Positions 35,697 to 44,614 of a stretch of 64,000 bases of DNA are shown here, in pieces; within the stretch, counting starts at the first letter, position 1; each line of letters starts with the position of its first letter. The DNA is from Candidatus Babeliales bacterium (GTDB taxonomy: Bacteria > Babelota > Babeliae > Babelales > JACPOV01), in assembly GCA_020054235.1 (NCBI GenBank), contig JAGVLQ010000004.1:60652-124651 (forward strand). The letters are read 5' to 3'. The position numbers and the translations under genes were made by a program. The notes under the pieces were generated by a model. That model searched no databases. It saw only the letters and a program-made list of their open reading frames with translations, and had not been told where the DNA came from.

Positions 35697-36371
35697 ATGA
35701 AAAAAAAAATTTTATTAAGTATTATTTTTGTAACCTATCTACAAGCAGATAACACTCTTTTAAAAAAACAATTAGAAAAAAAAACAATAGAAAATCCTGA
35801 AAAAAAACATTTCGTTGAAAAAAAAGCTCAATTTGAAAAAATCAAACAGCAAGAAATTACCGCTCTCAAAAAAAAAGAAAAACCCTTAGAAAAAAAATTA
35901 CAAGAAAAAAAAATTGCTCTTCAAACTGAAAAAAAAGATCAGTTTTTAAATCAAGTATCAGTAGCTGCAAAAGAAGATGCTAAAGAATTTAATGCAGCCC
36001 AACGCTCATTTATTATAAAAAATAACATCACCGAAGCTACCATTACCTATGATAAGCACTGGGCAAAACCTTTCCCAACTACCTTTAGTGCAAAAGTAAA
36101 CGATCAGGAATATCTCACCCTTCAAAAAGGAAAATTGCAACTTCATAACACCAAAATTTCTGGAATGCATAATAAAATAAAGGTAAGTTATGAATGGGCA
36201 ATAAAATATTTGGGGAAAGTTAGACATCACGAGCATAAACTCTTAGAATTTGAAGTTCCCGAAAAACAAGAAGAACTTACTATTTCTTTTTGCTGGGATG
36301 ATGAAAATCGCATTATTATACCAAATGCAAAATTGATAAACTCCTCAACCATTACTCCGAGTAATATATGA
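35697..36371 (+). CDS. Hypothetical lysine-rich secreted protein
   Basis: Start placed at MKKKILLSIIFVTYLQA (signal peptide). The N-terminal third is K/E-rich and encoded by many A7-A10 runs. The C-terminal half has more ordinary composition. Confidence 0.5.
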   Translation: MKKKILLSIIFVTYLQADNTLLKKQLEKKTIENPEKKHFVEKKAQFEKIKQQEITALKKKEKPLEKKLQEKKIALQTEKKDQFLNQVSVAAKEDAKEFNAAQRSFIIKNNITEATITYDKHWAKPFPTTFSAKVNDQEYLTLQKGKLQLHNTKISGMHNKIKVSYEWAIKYLGKVRHHEHKLLEFEVPEKQEELTISFCWDDENRIIIPNAKLINSSTITPSNI

Positions 36372-37165
36372 ATCCTAGACTGCTGCATCTTTATGGGCCT
36401 TTCTATATCAACAGCTATGGGGTTTTTATTGCCTTAGGTATTCTTATAGTTATCCTTCTTGCAAAAAGAGATACCAGATACAAAGCTCTATTAACCAATG
36501 AACAATTGGTTTCATTAACCATGTACAGCATTCTTGGAGGCGTTTTTGGAGGAAGATTGTTATACTTCCTAACAAATTGGAATAGCCTCTATAGCCCTGT
36601 ACAGATTCTAGAATTTTGGCAAGGTGGAGGCTCTGTTCTTGGTTCAATAATTGGCATTATAGCTGTAGTTATCTGGTACGCAAAAAAAAATACACTCCCT
36701 TTTTTTAAACTTCTTGATTTTTTCGCTTTGTATGCGCCACTTTTACATAGCATTTCACGTATTGGCTGCTTTTTTGCTGGTTGCTGCTTTGGTAAACCAT
36801 CAAATACTTTTTTTTCTGTTATTTATTCACACCCTGACAGCATCGCACCACTTTGTGTTCCTCTTCATCCAGCACAACTATATAGTGCATTAATACTGCT
36901 TTTTATTTTTTTATTGCTATACTATGCACAAGATTATTATGTAAAACCTGGACAAACAATAAGTTTTTATTTGATGCTTGCATGTACAGAACGATTTTTT
37001 ATTGATTTTATACGGGGTGACCAAGAGTTTATACCCCATTTAGCAATTCCCGTAGTTGGCAATATTTTTTCAATCAACCAATGGATCGCTCTAATTCTTT
37101 TAATTGTCGCAATTGGCACTTTTTTTCACGTTACCTTCAGCACTCAACCCTATGAATCTCTTTAA
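36368..37165 (+). CDS. lgt: Prolipoprotein diacylglyceryl transferase
   Basis: 265-aa polytopic protein with the Lgt pattern (YGVFIALGIL, GGRLLYFL, WQGGGSVLGS, GRIGCFFAGCCFG). Confidence 0.85.
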   Translation: MNPRLLHLYGPFYINSYGVFIALGILIVILLAKRDTRYKALLTNEQLVSLTMYSILGGVFGGRLLYFLTNWNSLYSPVQILEFWQGGGSVLGSIIGIIAVVIWYAKKNTLPFFKLLDFFALYAPLLHSISRIGCFFAGCCFGKPSNTFFSVIYSHPDSIAPLCVPLHPAQLYSALILLFIFLLLYYAQDYYVKPGQTISFYLMLACTERFFIDFIRGDQEFIPHLAIPVVGNIFSINQWIALILLIVAIGTFFHVTFSTQPYESL

Positions 37166-38906
37166 TTTTATTAAAAACAACGTTTCAATTTTAGAAGTTG
37201 TAAACGAATATGCAACCTTAAAAAAGGCAGGTCTTTATTTTAAAGGCATTTGTCCTTTTCATCATGAAAAAACCCCTTCATTTACGGTAAGCCCTCATAG
37301 AAATATTTTTTATTGTTTCGGCTGCCATTCCGGTGGTGATGTTATAGCGTTTATTGAAAAAGCAGAAAAATGTTCCGCCTTTGAAGCTGCACAATTTCTT
37401 GCTGAACGCTTTCAACTAGAAATTCCCGAACATCTAAAAAATTATCATGAACAACCCGAAGTCAAACAAGATGAAAAAAAACGTTATCATGAACTCTTAA
37501 AATTAATATCAAATTGGACTCATGAAAAATTAATTAAATCTCCTGCTGTTTTACGGTATTTAACTGACCGAGGCATTCATCTGGAAACTATAAAAAAATG
37601 TACCATAGGGTATTTTCCAGGTGGTCTTGCCAGTATCAAATCATTAATTGAACGAATAAATAAAGAGCATTTTCTTGTTGATGATTTATTGAAAGCTCAT
37701 ATAATAGCACAAGGGAAATCAGTCCTCTATTCACCCTTTGAAGATCGAATTTTGTTTCCTATCAAAGACCATCTTGGCAGGCACTGCGGTTTTGGTGGTA
37801 GGGTATTCAAAAAAGATGATGACCGTTCAAAATATTATAATTCTCGTGAAAATGAATATTTTGTCAAAGGAACACTTCTTTTTGGGCTTGATCTTGCCAA
37901 GCCATCTATTCAAGAAAAGTCTGCAGCATTTCTAGTAGAAGGTTATACTGATTGCCTTGCCATGATTCAGCATGGCTATCAAAACACCATAGCAACATTA
38001 GGAACTGCCTGTACTTTTGAACACTTAAAAACACTTTCTCGCTATGCACAAGAAATTTTTGTTCTCTACGATGCTGATAAAGCAGGGAAGGATGCTGTTT
38101 TACGTTTAACAGAACTTTGTTGGCAAACTGATCTTGAACTAAAAATTATAGAACTTCCATCTAATGAGGATCCTGCCTCTTTTTTAGCACAAGGGAAAGA
38201 CCTAAAACCCCTTATTGCTAATGCCCAAGATATTTTTACTATTTTTATTGAGTCTACGGCTCAAAATTTTATGCATCAAGGGTTGCAGGAAAAGGTTGCT
38301 ACCATTCGCTCTCTATTGGGGGTCATTAACAGCATAGGTGACAACCTCAAACAAGAAATTCTTCTGGGAAAAGCTGCTAAAAGCTTTGATATGCCTTTAA
38401 GCTCCCTCAAGCGCGAGCTTGCCGCCTTAAAAAACCGAAAAAACCCTGAAAATAAGGCTCATCAAAAAGTTATAGACCAAGAACAGAGGTCGACGCCAAC
38501 CCTACTTTTGAAAGAAATTCCATTATTGGAAAAAAAATTATTCTCTGTTATAATAAACAATGTTCAAATGCTACTTTCGGAGGACCAAGAGTATCTTCAG
38601 GAATATCTGAGCCAACCTTTACAAAGGCTCCTAAAAAAACTTCTAAAAATAAAAGGTGATACCCCCCAAGTAGATTTTGCTCATTTTTTTGAGGCCTTAC
38701 AGGACGAAGAAAAGTTACTGGTTAGCCATTTAATTTTGGAATGCCAAGAATATGAAGGCTCGGAAAATTTTGAGTACCTTTTGTCTGAATTTCAAAAAAA
38801 AACATGGAAATCATTTGTAGCTGACACTAAGATAAAATTAGATCATGCACAACAACAAAATAATCAAAAAGCTGTACAAGATTTAGTACAAAACTTTCAA
38901 ATTTAG
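37152..38906 (+). CDS. dnaG: DNA primase
   Basis: Zinc finger CPFHHEKTPSFTVSPHRNIFYCFGCHSGGD and TOPRIM motifs VEGYTDCLA and YDADKAGKDA. Start placed at MNLFNFIKNN; 14-nt overlap with lgt. Confidence 0.9.
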   Translation: MNLFNFIKNNVSILEVVNEYATLKKAGLYFKGICPFHHEKTPSFTVSPHRNIFYCFGCHSGGDVIAFIEKAEKCSAFEAAQFLAERFQLEIPEHLKNYHEQPEVKQDEKKRYHELLKLISNWTHEKLIKSPAVLRYLTDRGIHLETIKKCTIGYFPGGLASIKSLIERINKEHFLVDDLLKAHIIAQGKSVLYSPFEDRILFPIKDHLGRHCGFGGRVFKKDDDRSKYYNSRENEYFVKGTLLFGLDLAKPSIQEKSAAFLVEGYTDCLAMIQHGYQNTIATLGTACTFEHLKTLSRYAQEIFVLYDADKAGKDAVLRLTELCWQTDLELKIIELPSNEDPASFLAQGKDLKPLIANAQDIFTIFIESTAQNFMHQGLQEKVATIRSLLGVINSIGDNLKQEILLGKAAKSFDMPLSSLKRELAALKNRKNPENKAHQKVIDQEQRSTPTLLLKEIPLLEKKLFSVIINNVQMLLSEDQEYLQEYLSQPLQRLLKKLLKIKGDTPQVDFAHFFEALQDEEKLLVSHLILECQEYEGSENFEYLLSEFQKKTWKSFVADTKIKLDHAQQQNNQKAVQDLVQNFQI

Positions 38907-38935
38907 AAAAAAAAATTATTACGTAAGGGACTGAT

Positions 38936-40915
38936 ATGAAAAAACTTTCATCCATTTTCTCAGCATTAAAAAAAACTAAAAAAACCGAAACAAAACAAGT
39001 TTCGAAAAAAACTAAGCAAGAACCTTCTAAGAAAAAAGAACTTTCTGAAGAAAACGAACAAACTACAAAACCAGATCTTAAAAAAGGTGATAGTGAAGTT
39101 CGTCAAGAAATTTTTAAAACAATTGTAGACAAAGGTTCTCGAAGTGGCGCTTTAACCTATGAAGAACTTATTGAATTTTCTCAACGTTATCAATTTTCAG
39201 AAAAAGAAACTAATGATCTCCTTCGTTTATTAGAAAAGGAAGGTATAGAACTTATAATGCAAGATGAGGTAGATAGTTCACTCTCTCTTGATTATGAAAA
39301 AGAAGAAACAAGTGATAAAAGTTCAAAGCCAGCTCTAGATTCTATGGATTTTGAAGCTGAATCTGAAGAAGATGAAGATGAGGAAGAAGATTCAGAAGAA
39401 AGTGCTAAAGAAGCTAAAGAAACCAGCACAACACCTCAACTCACCGATGGCGTCAAAGTATACTTACGAGAAATTGGTAAAATTCCTCTTTTAAATAAAA
39501 AAACTGAAACAATTATTGCTGAGCAAATTGCAAGTGGAAAAGCAGAAGCAATCGATTCTCTTTCTAAATTTCCCTTTATTCATAAAGAGTTCGTATCTAT
39601 AGGTGAAAAACTTGAAAAAAATAGTTCACCATTAAAAGATATCATTCAGTTTTCTGAATTTGACCAAGAAAATTTGCCAAAAATTGAAGAAGAAAAAAAT
39701 GCACTCTTAACAACTATTGGAAAAATAAAAGCTTTGATAAATAATGAAGAAAAAATATATCAAAGCTACCGTGGCAAATTAGATAGTGACGCCAAAAAAA
39801 AGGAAATGCTTGAAAAAGTCAGAAAAAACAAAGAAGAAATTAGTAACACTATACAATCAATTAAGCTTTCTAATAAATTAATAAAAAAACTAGCAAAGCG
39901 TATTGAAAAAAATATTTATAAACTCAATGAAAAACACGAAGAAATAGAGCGATTTAAACAAAAAAAGAACTATTTAGAGCATCAAAAAACAACAACACCT
40001 GATTTAATAGAAGAAGTTGATCGTTCTATTCGTGCGTCACAAAAATTAATAAAAAAAATTGAAGGTGAAATGGGATTATCTGAGGAACTTTCTCGAAAAT
40101 ATTACACTCAATTACGCATCGGCCTTGCAAAAGATAAAGAGGCTAAAGACAATCTTGCAAAAGCAAACTTAAGGCTTGTTGTTAACATTGCAAAAAAATA
40201 TATCAACAAAGGCCTTCATTTTCTTGATCTTATTCAAGAAGGAAATATTGGCTTAATGAAAGCAGTAGAAAAATTTGAATTTGAGCGTGGTTATAAATTT
40301 TCAACCTATGCTACCTGGTGGATTCGTCAAGCGATTACACGTGCAATTGCTGATCAATCGCGCACGATTCGTGTTCCAGTTCATATGGTTGAAACACTGA
40401 ATAAAATTAACAAAATTAAACGAACCTTTGTACAAGAACATGGCCGCGAACCAAGTCATGCAGAGCTTTCTAAAGAATTAAATATCGATGAGAAAAAAAT
40501 AAAAAATATTATTAAAATTTCAAAAGAACCTGTTTCACTTGAAACACCAGTAGGCGACAGTGAAGATGCTTATATTAAAGATTTTATAGAAAATGAAAAT
40601 GAATTTTCACCCGCTGATGCCGTTTCTAGTAATGATTTGAAAGAACGAGTTCGAGAAGTTTTAAAAACACTCACACCGCGAGAAGAAAAAGTTCTTAAAA
40701 TGCGCTTTGGAATTGATGTTGCTTCAGAGCATACGCTTGAAGAAGTTGGCAAAGATTTTTCTGTTACGCGTGAACGTATTCGTCAAATCGAAGTTAAAGC
40801 TTTACGTAAACTACGACATCCTTCACGTAGTAAAAAACTAGAATCGTTTTTTGATAAGGAATTTGATAATCTGGGAGGTGAATCAGACTCGGATTCAGAT
40901 TCAGATGAGAGTTAA
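38936..40915 (+). CDS. rpoD: RNA polymerase primary sigma factor (sigma-70)
   Basis: Region 2 ([31 protein letters not shown]), region 3 and region 4.2 ([30 protein letters not shown]). Lys-rich N-terminus and acidic [10 protein letters not shown] tail. Confidence 0.92.
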   Translation: MKKLSSIFSALKKTKKTETKQVSKKTKQEPSKKKELSEENEQTTKPDLKKGDSEVRQEIFKTIVDKGSRSGALTYEELIEFSQRYQFSEKETNDLLRLLEKEGIELIMQDEVDSSLSLDYEKEETSDKSSKPALDSMDFEAESEEDEDEEEDSEESAKEAKETSTTPQLTDGVKVYLREIGKIPLLNKKTETIIAEQIASGKAEAIDSLSKFPFIHKEFVSIGEKLEKNSSPLKDIIQFSEFDQENLPKIEEEKNALLTTIGKIKALINNEEKIYQSYRGKLDSDAKKKEMLEKVRKNKEEISNTIQSIKLSNKLIKKLAKRIEKNIYKLNEKHEEIERFKQKKNYLEHQKTTTPDLIEEVDRSIRASQKLIKKIEGEMGLSEELSRKYYTQLRIGLAKDKEAKDNLAKANLRLVVNIAKKYINKGLHFLDLIQEGNIGLMKAVEKFEFERGYKFSTYATWWIRQAITRAIADQSRTIRVPVHMVETLNKINKIKRTFVQEHGREPSHAELSKELNIDEKKIKNIIKISKEPVSLETPVGDSEDAYIKDFIENENEFSPADAVSSNDLKERVREVLKTLTPREEKVLKMRFGIDVASEHTLEEVGKDFSVTRERIRQIEVKALRKLRHPSRSKKLESFFDKEFDNLGGESDSDSDSDES

Positions 40916-40952
40916 GAAGCATTAACCATTAATAAAGAAAGTAATCAATACA

Positions 40953-42266
40953 ATGGAAACGGAACCACTTTTAAACGGATCTTTGTATTACCAAATTATT
41001 GGATTTTTAATATCACTCCTTGGCTGCGCATTGTTCTCATTTTTAGAAACCAGCGTTACTGCCTTACGCTTATTTAAGCTAAAAGAACTCGCTACAACAG
41101 CGCCTCGCTATCAAGAACTTTTTAAAACGTTGGAAGAACATCCGCATCAAATATTAATTACCATGTTGATAGCAAATAGTATTTCCAACGTGACTGCTGC
41201 AGCCTTGATTACGAGCATAATGGAATATCTTTTTGCACAAATGCATCTTTCGTCTGGTCTTGGATTTTCTTTGGGTATTGCTTTAGCAACCATAGCAATA
41301 CTGGTTTTTGGTGAAGTAATCCCCAAAAATATTGCAAAAGTATATGGTGAAAAACTATTTCGCTCTACACTTTGGTTAACTAATATAACCTATTATTTCT
41401 TATATCCTTTAGTAGCTGTTTTAGTCCGTATTTCTTCCTTTGTAATCAGGATTCTCGGAGGTCCAATAGAACCAACAGAGCAACTTACTTCTGAACATGA
41501 AATTCGCTTTTTGATTGATTATATCAATGAAAAAGGACTTATGGAGCCAGAAAAAACTGCGATGTTGCAAAGTATTTTTAAATTAGGGAGTAAACAGGTA
41601 AAAGAAATTATGGTTCCCTCAATAGATATTGTTATGCTTCAAGCAACAATGACTATTCCGGAAAGTTTCAATGTTTTTTGTAAATATCAATACTCACGTC
41701 TTCCTGTTTACCGCGAGACCAAAGATAATATTATTGGAATGGTCTTACAAAAAGATGTTTTTAATCTTATGGCAAAACATGAAGAAAAACCTCTTGAAGC
41801 CATTGTTCGACCTATTTTGTTTGTACCTGAAAGTTTAAAGATTAATCAACTACTTCGTGAATTCCGCCAAAAAAGAATGCATATTGCTATTGTATTAAAT
41901 GAACACGGTATTATTACAGGATTGGCAACACTTGAAGACGTTTTAGAAGAAATTGTTGGTGAAATTCGTGATGAATATGAAGCAGTACCTGAAAAAATTA
42001 CTACCTTGCGCGAAGGAGAATGGCTTGTTGATGGTAGCATGGATCTCGATTCACTATCAAAAATTTTGCATATAACTTTCGACGTAGAAGATGCGATAAC
42101 AATAGGTGGATTCTTAACAGAACAACTTCAGCATTTACCTAAAAAAGGTGAAGAGGTCTTTTATCATGGCTATCGATTTTCTGTCCAACAGGCCAGCCCA
42201 AAACGTGTTTCTCAAGTCCGCGTAAAAAAAGAAAAAAATAAAGAGCAACCTTCTTTAAAAAAATAA
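40953..42266 (+). CDS. CNNM/HlyC-CorC family membrane protein (DUF21 + CBS pair + CorC_HlyC)
   Basis: An N-terminal four-TM DUF21 region, a CBS pair (VKEIMVPSIDIVML..., IAIVLNEHGIITGLATLEDVLEEIVGEI) and a C-terminal CorC/HlyC domain. Confidence 0.8.
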   Translation: METEPLLNGSLYYQIIGFLISLLGCALFSFLETSVTALRLFKLKELATTAPRYQELFKTLEEHPHQILITMLIANSISNVTAAALITSIMEYLFAQMHLSSGLGFSLGIALATIAILVFGEVIPKNIAKVYGEKLFRSTLWLTNITYYFLYPLVAVLVRISSFVIRILGGPIEPTEQLTSEHEIRFLIDYINEKGLMEPEKTAMLQSIFKLGSKQVKEIMVPSIDIVMLQATMTIPESFNVFCKYQYSRLPVYRETKDNIIGMVLQKDVFNLMAKHEEKPLEAIVRPILFVPESLKINQLLREFRQKRMHIAIVLNEHGIITGLATLEDVLEEIVGEIRDEYEAVPEKITTLREGEWLVDGSMDLDSLSKILHITFDVEDAITIGGFLTEQLQHLPKKGEEVFYHGYRFSVQQASPKRVSQVRVKKEKNKEQPSLKK

Positions 42267-42360
42267 TAACCAAATCGGGCCTTGACAGAGTTACCAACAG
42301 ATTATTAGGCTATCAGAAGTCTAAAATTGTTTTTTGTCAATTTTAAAAAAAGGAGTTTTT

Positions 42361-42822
42361 ATGAAGCATTCATTCCTTTTGAATGTTCTTTTTCTTTTTT
42401 TTTCTCTACCAATTTTTACCGCAACCAGAAATTCTAATCTAGAATCATCATCAAAACAAAAAAATACGCTTTTTTTTAGGGATAGGTCAGAGCAAATATC
42501 TTCCACAAGCAACAACGTAACCTCTGATCCCTTTGAAGAAGACACTAAAACAGACATTGCACTCTTTAATCATTTTATAAAAATTCTAGCAAATTTTGGC
42601 CATATTTTACTTGACCCTCATAATCCGGCGAATGTAACCTTAAATGCAGCAAAAATGATTGATGGTGTAGTAGCTGTTGCTCAAGAATTAACTAAAAGAG
42701 GCAATCCTACCGACAAACAAATGCGAAAAATGGTTCGCTTAATCTTATTAGCCTTGCAGAGACAAGGTTTCTTACCTTCAAAACCGAATACCATTACAAG
42801 TTTTGACTATAGCATGTCTTGA
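42361..42822 (+). CDS. Hypothetical secreted protein
   Basis: Start placed at the ATG behind aaaggag; signal peptide MKHSFLLNVLFLFFSLPIFTA. No family recognised. Four-base overlap with the next gene. Confidence 0.5.
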   Translation: MKHSFLLNVLFLFFSLPIFTATRNSNLESSSKQKNTLFFRDRSEQISSTSNNVTSDPFEEDTKTDIALFNHFIKILANFGHILLDPHNPANVTLNAAKMIDGVVAVAQELTKRGNPTDKQMRKMVRLILLALQRQGFLPSKPNTITSFDYSMS

Positions 42823-43565
42823 TTATTATTCTTTTTACTATTTACCAAATTTTAACCCAGCACATAATTTTACTGAGCTGTATTATCTGGTTGAGCTGTA
42901 TAGCTATTGCACATTATACAGCTCAACTATTATTAGGCAGCTATCAAAAAATAATGATTGATAGTGCTTTTTTCTCGTACCAAATTTTTTGTTTTTTCTT
43001 TCTTTTTTTATGGATTATACCTTATTTTGAAAGACAACTAACCTATCAAACTTTTGCCTTTTTTTTACCAAAACTTTCTAGGACTTTTTTTTATTATCAA
43101 ACAATTTTTGGCTTTATTTATATTCTTTGCGTAGCCTGCATAATATTTTATAGCGCAAATCTTGTTGGCTTATGGTATTTGACCGGACAGTGGTTTTTTC
43201 ATTTGATTTGGGGCTTTTTAAGCATCGCATGTGAAAATGTTATTTTACTCAGCGCAGCACTCTTTTTTTCACTCATACTTTCGCAAGCGCTGAGTTGTTT
43301 TGCAACCGTTAGTTTTTATGTACTGTGCTATACAAACCATGACTGGTATGCGCTGCAGCAAAAAAAAGATGGCATTGAACGCCTTATAGGAACATTTTTT
43401 TATTATTGCCTACCAGATTTAGCGTTGTTTGATATTAAAAGTCAGGTTTTATATGAACTGCCCATTGAATTAAACAAGGTCGCATTGAGCATCGCCTATG
43501 CATTCTGCTTTAGTGCTCTTTTTCTTGTTAGTGGTCAACTATGTTTTTCAAAAAAATCGTTGTGA
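42819..43565 (+). CDS. Hypothetical polytopic membrane protein
   Basis: 248 aa with about 6 hydrophobic helices. Translationally coupled to the upstream secreted protein. No family recognised. Confidence 0.5.
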   Translation: MIIILFTIYQILTQHIILLSCIIWLSCIAIAHYTAQLLLGSYQKIMIDSAFFSYQIFCFFFLFLWIIPYFERQLTYQTFAFFLPKLSRTFFYYQTIFGFIYILCVACIIFYSANLVGLWYLTGQWFFHLIWGFLSIACENVILLSAALFFSLILSQALSCFATVSFYVLCYTNHDWYALQQKKDGIERLIGTFFYYCLPDLALFDIKSQVLYELPIELNKVALSIAYAFCFSALFLVSGQLCFSKKSL

Positions 43566-43579
43566 AATAAGTACTAAGA

Positions 43580-44449
43580 TTAACTACCGCCAGGTAAAAC
43601 TAATACCCCTAGTTTAAATAAAATTCCTAACACTATTGCTCCACCAGTTACAATCCCGGTGCCAAAACCGATGGCACCTTTGTAATCTGACCAATCAATT
43701 CCTTGATCAATTGGTTCTTGAACAATAGCGTTATGAAGGGAAATAGAAAATTCTTGGATTTTGTTATGTAAAAGATCACGATATTTTTGTTTTTCCACAT
43801 TGTTAGCTTCCCCGAACATCTCAGCAATATAGTTAATAGGTGCAATATAATCCTGCTGTAGCTGATTTAATTGGATAAATTTTGCCAAAAAAAACTTTTG
43901 GCCTTGCTGTGCAAAATATTCCGGAGACAATAAATTATTCTCAATTTCATCAAGAATAGCTTTAACTCTTTGCGCTTCCTGCTTTGACAACATTTGAGAT
44001 GAAGCTCTCCCGGTCTTGAGTAGTTCTATCGATAATTGAAAGGCTTGTGATTTTGCATCTTGGATAATCTTTTTTTCAGAAAATTGCTCTATATGGTTTG
44101 GCGGAAAAATAAACTTAAGACCATTTTCAACAACATAATCAAGACCCTGGTATGTTTTTTGCGCCGCCACCTTTTGTATGGCATGTTCTGCACCTGCGAC
44201 AGGGGCAGCAATAAATTTATCTTTTAAACTACTGTTGTGACCCTCTATTGGTGAAATTACAATATTCTTTGGAAAGTGAATTCCATAAAATGTTTTTTCT
44301 CCTGTATTTGAATCCTGTGCATTTTTAAAATATTGGTCTCTTGAAATAGCACTTGGAAAGGAGAAAGTTTGTTCGTTTTTGTTTTCCATCCCCATTAATT
44401 GTGGATTCAAAACAAAAAAGCTAATAATTAAAAATATATTTTTTTTCAT
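43580..44449 (-). CDS. Hypothetical secreted protein with a glycine-rich C-terminal hydrophobic anchor
   Basis: Signal peptide MKKNIFLIISFFVLNPQLMG and a helical body. The C-terminus is GAIGFGTGIVTGGAIVLGILFKLGVLVLPGGS. Confidence 0.55.
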   Translation of the reverse strand: MKKNIFLIISFFVLNPQLMGMENKNEQTFSFPSAISRDQYFKNAQDSNTGEKTFYGIHFPKNIVISPIEGHNSSLKDKFIAAPVAGAEHAIQKVAAQKTYQGLDYVVENGLKFIFPPNHIEQFSEKKIIQDAKSQAFQLSIELLKTGRASSQMLSKQEAQRVKAILDEIENNLLSPEYFAQQGQKFFLAKFIQLNQLQQDYIAPINYIAEMFGEANNVEKQKYRDLLHNKIQEFSISLHNAIVQEPIDQGIDWSDYKGAIGFGTGIVTGGAIVLGILFKLGVLVLPGGS

Positions 44450-44614
44450 AGGTTATGCCTTTAATCTTTTTTTAAGGATGGCATGTAGTATACCATTTTT
44501 CACAAGCAGAATAAATACCCTTTCAAATATAACTCTCAAAAAATAATTATTATTGCAAATAGAGTATAAAATTTAATAGCCTAATAGTGAAAGAACAAAA
44601 AAAAGAGAGTGGGT

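Noticed and set aside
35700-35950. Periodic gaaaaaaaa-type repeats that looked at first like a tandem repeat or CRISPR-like array.
   Set aside because: There are no conserved repeat and spacer units. The periodicity is irregular and the sequence is an intact lysine/glutamate-rich coding region. Reported instead as a homopolymer-dense ORF.
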